From Lama guanicoe (taxonomy: Eukaryota): 64,000 bases of DNA. Below, one piece after another: positions 22,911 to 33,285 of the stretch. The stretch is taken from the NCBI GenBank assembly GCA_013239625.1, contig MU053561.1, forward strand, positions 5,816,439 through 5,880,438. Direction: 5' to 3'. The notes beneath the pieces were generated by a model. It was given only the letters and a program-made list of their open reading frames with translations, had not been told where the DNA came from and searched no databases. A program made the position numbers and the translations under genes. Positions within the stretch are counted from its first letter, which is position 1; every line of letters begins with the position of its first letter.

Positions 22911-23559
22911 TAATATCCATATCATGAATGACTGTTGGAATTAAACAAGACACTGCATCTAAAGTCCTCTGATGGAGGGCCTTGCACAGGTTAGCAATGT
23001 GACAATGTGATGATGATTACAAGTGACAACAAAGACGATTAGTACCCATCCTAGACCTTTGCATGTTCTAAGTACTAAGTACACATTGTTGAAAGTGAAC
23101 GATAACCAGATTTCTTAACCTAAAGACCTGTAATTTAATCCCAGAGAAGCAGAATGCTATTCTCTGATTACTGCTGAGTCCCAGTGACTTCGACCCCAAG
23201 GGAAGAGGAATGTGAGGAAATCTTTGAGAGAGCTTACAGCTCAGCATTTGCTCTCTCGGTAACTAGGCCACTTCTAAACAGCTCCTTACGGCAGCCCTTT
23301 TTGTCCTGCATGCAATCATTTTCAAAAGTTTTTCCAAATCCATTAATTTCTGGGCTCAAAACAGCCTGATTTTGTTGGGTAGGGGGAGGTTGCAGTGGTG
23401 AATGGCTTTATTTTTAAAACATTTTGTGTTTCTTTTTATTAATTGTTTTACAAAAATTTAAATAGCACAAAAAGGGGGAAATTAAATATCCCCTCCCCAG
23501 TTCTAACTTTAGAGGTAATTGCTGCTTATAGTTTCCTGCATTTCCTTTCACACATTTTC

Positions 23560-24285
23560 TTTTCTTAATTTCAGTTTTACTGAAGTGTAACTGACATACC
23601 ATAAACTGCCTGTGGTTGAAGTGTACAACTTGGTGAATTTTTTTCAGGAGTTATTTCTCTTTAATGCAGACTTAAATGTCTTTTTAAAAATTGAAGTATA
23701 GTTGATTTACAATACCATGTCAGTTTTGGGTGTACAGCACAGTGAGACAGTATTTTTGAAGATTATATTCCATTATAGGCTATTATAAGATAATGGGTAT
23801 AATTCCCTGTGCTATATAGTAAATCTTTGTACAACGTGGTGAGTTTTAACACATGTCTACACCTGTGACAGCGTGACCATAATCAAGATAATGCACCATC
23901 CCTTACTCCCCGAAGTTTCCTCATGCTCCTCTGTAACCCATCCTCCCCACCCACCAACCCTGTCCACAGGCAACCACGGATCTGCCTTGTGTCAGTATAG
24001 ATTTGTTTATACATTCTAGAATTTTATATAAATTAAATAGCACAAAATGTACTCTTTTTTTATCCAGCTTATTCCATGCAGTATAATTATTTTGAGATTC
24101 ATCATGTTATTGTGTATATCAATATTTCATTCCATTTTAGTGCTAAGTAATACTCCAGGGTATGGATGTATCTCAGTGTGCTTATCCATTCATTATTGAT
24201 GGACACTTGAGACAATTTCCAGTTTTTTTCTATTATAAATAAAACTGTTCTGAATGTTTGTGTACAAGTCTGTGTAGACATAAAA
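23560..24285 (-). mobile_element. L1MB-like fragment containing a nested younger L1 3' end (about 23641-23827)
   Basis: Antisense L1 3'UTR motifs; the nested insert is flanked by TSD tgtacaac(t/g)tggtga (23622-23636 / 23828-23842). Confidence 0.8.
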
Positions 24286-25329
24286 TCAGTGCAACCTGAA
24301 TTACTGTTAAAACAGCAACAACTGTGATAGTGGTAACGTGTGTTCCTTTTAGTATGTGTAGCTAACATTTTATAAAATTCTAAACATCAAATTATCTAAA
24401 CTTTTACAAATAAAAATCATTGAATTGATTGTAAACTTAGATTTTACCAGTCCATGTTCCCACCTAGTACTAACCCAACTCAAATGTCCTCACTTCTGGG
24501 AGGAATCCAGAGAGTTACTACCCATCTTGAATACACTTTGCAAGAAACTTTTTGAAACACTGACAAGAAACTTCCTGAGGGCTGAAATTTTGGTCACTGC
24601 CGTATTCCAGCACCCAGAGCCTGGACTCTCTCTCTCTCTCTCTCTCTCACACACACGCACTAACACACAACTATTCTTTTTTTTTAGTAGCTCATTCCAT
24701 TTTTATACAGTTCTGATGCTTATAAAGTCTTTCCTTATGTATAGCAGATATTAATTAACCTTTTTGTCCTAATTTGTCCAAATTATGCCTTGTGGAGCCA
24801 CATTTCCCTCGTGAAACTAAAAATGTTTGAAAATACACACCCAGACCCATTAACTACTTGTGTTAAGGCACAGTTTAACTTAGGACCATTCTGACCTGGC
24901 TCATTCTTCTGAAGGGCAGTGTGCAAACTGACTCAGCCTATGGGTGGGAAAGTTTGCCTGTGTTCAAAGGTAAATTACAGCTGTATGATGTGGAGCAAAT
25001 ATTTATGCCCCAGTTTCTTCACTTGTGAAATGAGGATAATAATAGCTATCACACAAGATTGTTGCAAGAATTAAATGAAAAAATGCATCCTAAACCCTCT
25101 TGCACAGTGTTATCACCACTGAATAATATCCTCCAGTTTTTTAAAGACCCTTCTAAAGCATGGCACACCAAGCCATACACAGAGCTACAGATATGGCCAC
25201 CCAGGGAAGAGTTCTTTTATTTTTTGTCTGTTAGTTTTTAGCAGTCATACTAAAAATAATGAAGACCCCCCTCCCCCGCCCCAGGGTTTTTCATAGGATT
25301 TTCTTTTGAACCATTCATCCAAAAGCTCA

Positions 25330-25960
25330 TACCTGTTCAGTCTGATTCCAGACTTTACTGTAGGACATAATAATACTCTTATTGGTTCAGAGTAATTAAT
25401 TATTCCAAAATAACAAGATCTTTTTGAACCTTGACGCTGTTATCTAATTCATCAGATATTGCTCCCAAATTTGTCATCCACAGACTTAATAAAAATACCT
25501 TCTTAAGCCCCTGATGAAAACACCAAGGAGGACAGGACCCAAGGCCCTGAATCAGTTTATATTGACACAAGCTCTTTAACCCACACAACCCACTGCACCA
25601 TATTAGAGTCTTGTCACGTTTTTCATCATTTCCATAATGATGTCAATGGACTCTGTAAATGTCTTGCTAGAATCAAGAGAGTAACTATCGCATTGCCTTA
25701 ATTTACACATCAAGTAACTTTATTATAAAATGAAATATAGACATTTGACAGGAAATATTCCGAGAAAAGTCATATTCATTTCAAGTGTCAACATCTTTCT
25801 TTATGAAATATCAACATAACTAGTTGTTACACTATCCTGGGATTTTTTTTTCTTGTGATCGGCATCCTACTACCTTGGCTCTAGAATCTGTCCTTTTCTC
25901 ATTTCTGAAATTTATAATGTTTTTGTGTTTTTAGCCTTCTGATACCCTTTTGTTTTAACA
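25330..25960 (-). mobile_element. L3/CR1 reverse-transcriptase remnant
   Basis: Degenerate translations ISFYNKVT...LDSSKTF and IKSVDD...NLGAISDELDNSVKVQKDL correspond to CR1 RT motifs (LDFSKAFD; IKFADDTKLGG...IQNDL). Confidence 0.7.
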
Positions 25961-25977
25961 CAGCTTCTCAAGGATTT

Positions 25978-26063
25978 TTTTTTTTTAATGGAGGTCCTGG
26001 GGCTTGAACCCATGACTTTATGCATGGTAAGCATGTGCTCCACCACTGAGCTATACCCCCACC
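25978..26063 (-). mobile_element. Vic-1-like SINE, short form
   Basis: tRNA-like head plus A tail; TSD ctcaaggattt (25967-25977 / 26064-26074). Confidence 0.88.
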
Positions 26064-26539
26064 CTCAAGGATTTCTTAAAGTAAAAATATTTATAACTTT
26101 ATACTCAAAGATAGAAAATTGCTTGTAGATCCATGATCCCACCAACAAATTATTTTATTGCGAGAGATTTGGAGTAGCATATTTAAAAAGCTCATTTACC
26201 GTCTCCTTATTCCTTCTGACTTCAATTTCTTCTCAGTATTATTGTTTGTGTCTTTACACTCGCTACGCTAGTCCCCTTTTACCTTGCAGTGTCTGCAGCG
26301 TCTAGAGTGTTGGCCTCAGTGCTTCTTTAGGTTGGGAAGGAAAAAGAGAGAACAGTCAAATCAACAAAAATCAGTCCTGGCCCACACTTCTCCTTGTTAC
26401 ATCTCTCCATTAATTTTAAACTTGATAACTTAAAATTAATTCATCCTTATTTGATGTATACATTTTTTGGAAACTTTTGAATTACTGGCATTTAAAGAAA
26501 TAAAAGTATGTTGATATCCAGTGATGTTTCAAAATAACC

Positions 26540-26700
26540 ATGAGTGTCTTTAGGCTAATTGCTTACCCTCTCAGTGCCTCAGTTTTTCATCCAGAAAAAT
26601 GAGATAACAGTGCTGATTTCATAAGATCATTAGGAGGATTAAATAAGTTTGTGTATGTAAAGTACTCAGAATAGTGTGTGATACAGCAAGTATTATGTGT
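26540..26700 (+). mobile_element. MIR SINE
   Basis: tctcagtgcctcagtttttcatc...aggattaaataag...tgtaaagtactcagaatagtg. Confidence 0.75.
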
Positions 26701-27198
26701 TATTTCATCAATTGCTGGCCCAAAGCACTTACGTGTATAGCAGACTTTACTGAAGACTTGGGGAGAGGAAGGGATTTACATTACAGAAACACAAGCACCA
26801 CAAACTGAATTTGATCATCATTTCTTCCCCAAAAATCCCTTGCTTATCCAATTTTCAGACCCTTTGACCTCCCTCAAACTCAGTTTTCCCCTCACTTTGT
26901 TATGCCAAACGACTGATGTCTCCACCAGCTATCTCAGAACAGGTCTGCTCTGCCAAGCTAGATTTGTGACTGTGCTCTGCTAATCTGTGACCATTTTCCC
27001 TGGAGCCCAACCCTCAGAGCCACCTAGAAAGCTCTGTTTCTCCTTCTCCTGGGGGGATCAGGGACCAAGACAGATTTATTTCCCTATCAACTGGCATTTT
27101 GTCACCTTCCTTAGAAGGAAGAAACAGTAACAATTAATTCTTGTTTTAAACAGCAATATTAATTACTGAGATTATAAACACTTTAAATACATATTTTA

Positions 27199-27372
27199 GG
27201 CGGGTAGGGTATAGCTCAAGTGGTAGAGCTCATGCTTAGCATGTAAGAGTCCCTGGGTTCAATCCCCAGTACTTCCATCAAAAAATAAATAAAACCTAAT
27301 TACCTCCAACCTCCTTACAAAGAAAACAACAACAAAAAAGACCACTGAACTAGTGAAAACATAAAAAAAAAA
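27199..27372 (+). mobile_element. Vic-1-like SINE, long form
   Basis: gggtatagctcaagtggtagag...gggttcaatccccagtac...aaacctaattacctcc; flanking repeat aatacatatttta. Confidence 0.88.
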
Positions 27373-28399
27373 CTATTTTAAACAGATTTTAGAATACATA
27401 TTTTAATACGTCTTATTAAATTTCTTAATATTAAATTTCCTGAGTATGTTGCCTAGGTCTTGACATTTACTGACTGATGTCTATGAAAAGTGAGCTTTTG
27501 AATGCTAATCAGGGTTTCCCAATTCTGAGAAAAAAAGTCAGGAAGGATGTAATTTCCTTAATCACCCACAAATATAGCCCTGATTCTGCCCAGGAGGGGA
27601 AGGAAATAAGTGGAACTTGAAGCGTACTGCTTTCTCAACCTCAGTGAACAATCAGACATCATCTCCGCTGTCGGAGGCTCTCCTTGATGCTGCTTCTCCT
27701 CCAGAGCAAGGGCCTGGACAGACCCACAAAAGTCCCCCGTCTTCAACAGTTCAGAAGGGTGATGGGAAGGTCTCCAAGGAGATACTGGACTTCCTGCCAC
27801 CAAAGGCAGTTGGGGCCTCAAGTTTGATTTGGAAAATTAAAAGATGAGAGGATATTAATACCCCAGGCTACAAGGCATGTCATACCAGTTATGCCTGATG
27901 ATGCAACCCGAAGTGTCCCAAGACTACAGAGTCAAGCCGCACTTCTGTAATGCACACATTGCAGTGACTCCATGCCATCTTCTCTGCAATGCAAGAAGCT
28001 GATTTCTGATTCTCATTGGATCCCCACTTTTCTTTCTTGTTTGTTTGTGGCAAGGAGTCACAGAAGAGAGCCATCATGATCCTGGCAGTTGCAGGTTTCC
28101 TCCCCCAGTACATTTGCTATGTTTGCTGCTGCTCCACACGCCCACGGCCACCTGATGCCACGTGGCGACAGGCTCCTCCCCGATACTGGACACTGCTGCT
28201 GTTCTCCCCAAGGTGTGTCTCTCCCACGTGGACACAGGCTTCACCCTTCTCTCCCCAAAGTACAGTTAAGACCAGCAAGTGGGTGTCAAAAAAAGTCCAA
28301 CAGAAGGCTTGAGCATCACAGAAGGAATGACACTGCAGTGGAGAGAAACCTAAACTGGAGGGGATGTAGCACTTCTCCTTGAATTTGTTAGTCCACACG

Positions 28400-28575
28400 C
28401 TGTCAAGGGGACCCTCTACCATGGCTGGCTCCATGGGCCTTAGACCTGTGCAATCACACAGGCCCCCATGCTCACAATTGTAGGGACCCACATTTCATGT
28501 TCTGCTGTTACCATCTTAAAATTCTCAATAATCTTTGAACAAGAGGCCTCGTATCTTCATTTTGCACTGAGTAGG
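28400..28575 (+). mobile_element. MER91-like hAT remnant
   Basis: gacctgtgcaatcacacaggccccc...ccatcttaaaattctcaataatctttgaacaagaggcc...ttcattttgcactg. Confidence 0.5.
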
Positions 28576-28596
28576 TAGCTACTCACACCCTTTATT

Positions 28597-28742
28597 TTTT
28601 ATTGAGCTGTAATTGACATATATATAACACTATATTTGTTTCAAGTGTACAACATGATGGTGATTCGATATTTGTATATGTTGCGAAATGATCACCACAG
28701 TAAGCCTAGTTAATGTCCGTCACCATACACTGCTAAAAAAAA
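28597..28742 (-). mobile_element. L1 3' end fragment
   Basis: taattgacata...gtttcaagtgtacaacat...gaaatgatcaccacagtaag; TSD tcacaccct(t/c)tatt. Confidence 0.8.
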
Positions 28743-29244
28743 TCACACCCTCTATTAACCATTCTTCTCCTTAACCCCCTACCAGCCTGTGTTTGCAAAG
28801 ACCAGATCACTCTCACAAACCAAAATGTCTGTGATTATGTCCCTTCTACCTGGAGTTCTGGTCCAACTCCAGGCACAGAATTGCTCCAGAGATGCAACCC
28901 TGGTCACAATAAAGACAACCGTGTAGATCACTAACAAGAGATGACACTATCCTTCAAGCGCCATCACCACAAGGCAGTGTCTAAGGTGCTTTGATTGTAA
29001 TACACATAGATAGCAAGCATATATCTGGAATCATACAGATAAAATCGTCTAAATGTGGTTACCTTAAGATCCAGATATTTGGTTCCATGTAGACCAAGTA
29101 AACAACCAATTTTGTATCTAAGACACGTGTTTTGCTTGAGCAGCTTGGCATCACTTGAATAGACTTACTCTGGACATGAGGATGTTTTAGGTAGAGGCCA
29201 GAGTGTTTCATAACCAGAACATTCTGTAAATGTTGGCTGCTCCG

Positions 29245-29475
29245 TGTTTGGAGGTTCTAGCAGGGGAGCACAGCTACCTGTATACCCTTGATCAAATTAA
29301 AATCCTCCCCTATCAGGGAAGGTCGTCCTCTTCGACCAACCGAGCGCATAACTTCAGGAGGGACGTACACGGAGTGAGGGAGGAAGGGGACACCCGCCTA
29401 GCCAGCCAGACCAGCCGAATCAACCCTGGTGATCAATGCGGTGGCAGATGTCACAACCAGATCGCCCTCACACCC
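29245..29475 (-). pseudogene. RN7SK: 7SK snRNA retropseudogene (7SK nt ~1-230), 3'-truncated, no poly(A)
   Basis: Minus strand GGGTGTGAGGGCGATCTGG...GGCTAGGCGGGTGTCCCCTTCCTCCCTCAC...GAAGAGGACGACC...CTCCCCTGCTAGAACCTCCAAACA; TSD ttggctgct (29233-29241 / 29476-29484). Confidence 0.95.
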
Positions 29476-30745
29476 TTGGCTGCTGCTCTTATCTGCTCCC
29501 CACCCACACCCTTCATTTCCCCAACCTCCCACCCTCTCCTTCTCCTCCCTTCCTCCACTGCATTGTAGCCCCTTTAAGGCAATTTAAGTAATTTTTCAGC
29601 CCTGACCCTTATGGTAACTCCTTGGCAGGAGTGCTATACTCTGCAGAAGTTCCAAGAGTTGGGGATGCAGGGGTGATGGCCCACGGGTGCCCAGCTTCAG
29701 TAAGAGCTGGGAAGTGGCCAAAACAAGAACCAGAAGGAAATGGGTCACTGCCTCGTGGTTGGCAGGAGCAACTGCTGTGCCTGAGCTTTTATTCTGGGAA
29801 CAAATCTTTGCTCTCTTCACCAGTGACCCCTATGAACCATAATTCCCAACAGCAGTAAAATGAGGCAATAAAGAGGGGCTGATTCCACATCTGGAGGGTA
29901 AGTGTTCCCTGGCAAGAGAAGAAAGATGGAAAGACATAAGGCTTTCACGGAGGCAAAGGGAACAAAGAGACTTTGAGACAATGAGATTTTTTTTTTTAAG
30001 TCTGAGCCTTGACTAACTGCCCCTGGATGCCTTCACATCAAAAACTTCTGTCTCTTTTTTTTAAATCCCTCTTCCTATTTTAAGCACCCCTTCTTTTCAA
30101 GGTGAGGTAATGGGGAAAGAGTGACTGGCTGCAGAGCCAGATCAAGCTGGGAGCTTGGAATCATGGGAGCCGGTGGAGATCTTGGCAGAACCCCACCGTT
30201 TGCTGGATGGGTCCTGGAAACACCCACTGAATCGGCTACTTCTTCCTTCTTGCAAACAAAACTGTAATAAGATTCTTCTGCTGCCTGAAGTGGTGACTTT
30301 GTGACCTCTTGGCCTTAGTCACGTCCTCTCTCCCACCCCAGCCCCAGGGACTCTTCCTCTTTTCCTTGGCAGCTCCAGAGCTGCACAGTATTATTTATCA
30401 GTCAGCAGCAGAGGGCGATCTGGCCCTGGAGAATGACCAGGTCAACTCCAGCAAAAAAAAAACGCCTGGATGGCTAATGGCTTGCAGCTCCATCAATATA
30501 AAGCTACCTCTTCACAAAGGAACATTGTCACCAAGCATTTTCCTTTGCATTCTTGAAAGCTCCACTGCCTTAGCTGACCCCTTCCCCCTCCCTCCTGCCT
30601 TCATTCTCTCTCTCTTTCCTTTCCCAACCTCTTGGAAGCAGCAGGAAATGAACAAGGTCCACAGTGGAGAAAAACAAATCCAGGGAAATGAGGGAAACTG
30701 CAGGGAAATGACCAAGTGCAGAAGCTGTAGGCAGTTCTGTGTGTG

Positions 30746-30748
<3 letters not shown>

Positions 30749-30786
<38 letters not shown>
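30749..30786. repeat. (GT)19 microsatellite
   Basis: Read directly from the sequence. Confidence 0.95.
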
Positions 30787-30789
<3 letters not shown>

Positions 30790-30847
30790 CATGCGTGTAT
30801 AAGAGAGAGGCAGAGACAGAGGAGGAATGTGTGTGTGTGTCCAATAT

Positions 30848-31058
30848 AACAGTACTTTCCAAATTTTAGTATACATAAAATCATCTGGACAGCTTGTTAA
30901 AACACAGCTTCCTGGGCCTCACCCAGGAATTCTGATTTAGTAGGGAGGGAATTTAGTAGTAGAGAATTCTGATTCTAGAGAGGGAGAGGTCCAAGTATTT
31001 ACACTCTTAGCACTCCTGGAATATTTTTATGCTGCCAGTGGTAGACCATATTGTCGCA
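30848..31058 (+). mobile_element. MER5-like MITE
   Basis: aatcatctggacagcttgttaaaacacagcttcctgggcctcaccc...ttctgatttagtagg. Confidence 0.65.
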
Positions 31059-31699
31059 CTGTTGTACACCAAATGCAGTGAATAGACTGTACGGATCTGG
31101 GTCAGGGGCTTGCTCGAATAAAGTCCTGATAAGGTGAACTCCCCTAGAACAGTCAGTCCAGATCCTTTCAAGTCCAGGCCGGAAGATTTCATAGCTCAGC
31201 CTACCCATGTTCCCTCCCCTTGGAAAAGGAGCAGAGAATGTATCAAGCAGAGCATTGTTTGCAGGGGGCTGAGTTCAGAGAATAGGCGGGTTCTCCACTA
31301 ACTGTTTCTTTCATCCCCTACTGGCAGGAGACTCCCCATCGGCCCCTCCTTCACAGTAGCCAGCGGACAGAGACAGCATCTACACAGCCCTGGCTGTGCT
31401 CACCAGCTCCTGCCCAGAGGCCTCTGTCCCCTCCTCAGTGCCTTCCAAACTCCAGAGCCTCTACAGTTGCTGAGGTTGGCAGAATGAGCTGGTTATCTCC
31501 TCTGAGAGCTGAGCACCCAAAGGCACTGAGAGTGACTTAAGGCGAGCCACTCCTGTTTTTACACCGGAAGATAACAAGACAGAAAAGTATCAATGGACAC
31601 TTCTTATCCCTTCCGCATCCCCATTTATGACGTAGGCCAAAATCTGCCGGATACTTCTATTATTTTTTTCACTTGAAGTTTCCCCAAATGGCATGAGAT

Positions 31700-32000
31700 T
31701 CAATTCAACAAACATCCTTTGAGCACTTCCTCTGTCCATGTCCTGTGTCAGATACTGGGGGTGTGTAGCCTCTGAATAACCTCGTCCTAGTCCTAAGAAG
31801 CCCATAGTTCAATTAGAGAGAAAGATTAACAGATATATAAGAGCAAATGTACCAAAATGTAGTAAGAGCAGGGAGACACCCAAAACCCTTGAGGCCATCG
31901 GAGAAGAGGAAAGCATTCTGAAAGAAGGGATTGCACTGAGATTTGAAGGCTGAATCTGAGTTCACCAAGGAGATGAAAGGGCAAGGCCAAGAGGAGCCAT
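31700..32000 (-). mobile_element. L2 fragment
   Basis: ttcaattcaacaaacatc...tgagcactt...cctagtcctaagaagcccatagt. Confidence 0.6.
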
Positions 32001-33147
32001 TTGAGTTTTGGGATGAGAAGCAAATTGGGGAAATGCTGAAATATAAAGTGCAGGCTGGGATCAGGGTCCTCTTTCACAGCACCCGGGACTTCGGCCACTT
32101 TGAGCACTTATCACCACTGCTAAACCAAAAGGAGACAAATGGGAAGATTTGTTTCACATACTCCTGTAAGAACTGTCAGCAGGAGGTACTCTCCCTGCTA
32201 AGACCGGCCCCCCCACCCTATATCCCAGGGCAGACCAATGGTTGAGGGGGCAGTTTCCCCTCTGGGGTTCACTGTGTGAGCCAGAAGAAGCCTATGGGTC
32301 TAGGGTCGGATGCTCAGCTTCCTCCTAGGACCATCTACTTGGCTCTGGCAGCTAATGGGCTAGCAGTTTGCTGTGCCAAGGGATAGAAGACTAACAGAAC
32401 GTGCAGAAACCACAAAAGGAGCCCAGAAGGCCAGTTTGCGAGCACAAGAAAGCCACGCCCAATGACTCCAGAATGACTCAGGAGGACCTTGAAAGGCATG
32501 TAGGTTGTGTAAATTCCCTGGAGTAGGGAACAAAGAGCACTGCTTGGTCACTGCTACTATGACTCAATTTCTCCACTTGGGCATGTGGGGGGACATGGTT
32601 AACATGGACATCAGCAGGGCTGCTAGGGGTTCAGATATGTGAATACTTTCCAAAGGCTATAGGACCATGGATAGTTTCAAAGGACTCAATTTTCGTGTCC
32701 TCAGTTTTCATTTGCTTTCTTCCCTCAAACTGGTGAGCTTCAGAGGACATGTAAAGCCCTGATTTTCTTTTCCCATCTCTTTTCTCAATTGCCCTCCTGT
32801 CACTTTACAAAAAAAAAAAAAAAAAAAAATTTACCACTTTACCTCTCATTCTTCTCTAATTCTGTTAAAAGATGCATTGCTTTAGGGTATAAAAACCTTT
32901 AGGACATCAAAGGAATAATTCTGCAATTTTCTTAATCCAAGGAACCATAAACATCTCCCCACCCTTTCCAGCTCTTTAAGAGACAAATTACCAATAAAAT
33001 TTCACTTTTTAAGAAGTAAAATAACGCCCATTAATTATGAAGATTTATAATATCTGTGTGTTTTGATAAAAGCTACTAGTAACAGTAATATTTTTTAAAA
33101 CAATTAGAAACTTCTGTCACTGGAAACATTTTAAAATGAATGTCAGT

Positions 33148-33285
33148 GGGGGAGGGTACAGCTCAGTGGTGGGGGACCAGCTTAGCATGCAAGAAGTCCT
33201 GGGTTCAAGCCAAAGTGTCTCCTTTAAATAAATAAATAAACTGAATTACCCTTCCCCACCCCAAAACAAACAAACAAACAAAAAA
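33148..33285 (+). mobile_element. Vic-1-like SINE, long form
   Basis: ggggagggtacagctcagtgg...gcttagcatgc...gggttcaag, (caaa)n tail. Confidence 0.85.

Noticed and set aside
30411..30424. 14-nt exact match to 7SK nt 7-20 (gagggcgatctggc)
   Set aside because: The match does not extend on either side and is short enough to be chance; it overlaps a CTCF-like motif instead.
30309..30876. 186-aa and overlapping ORFs
   Set aside because: Extended by the (GT)n microsatellite; no domain signal.
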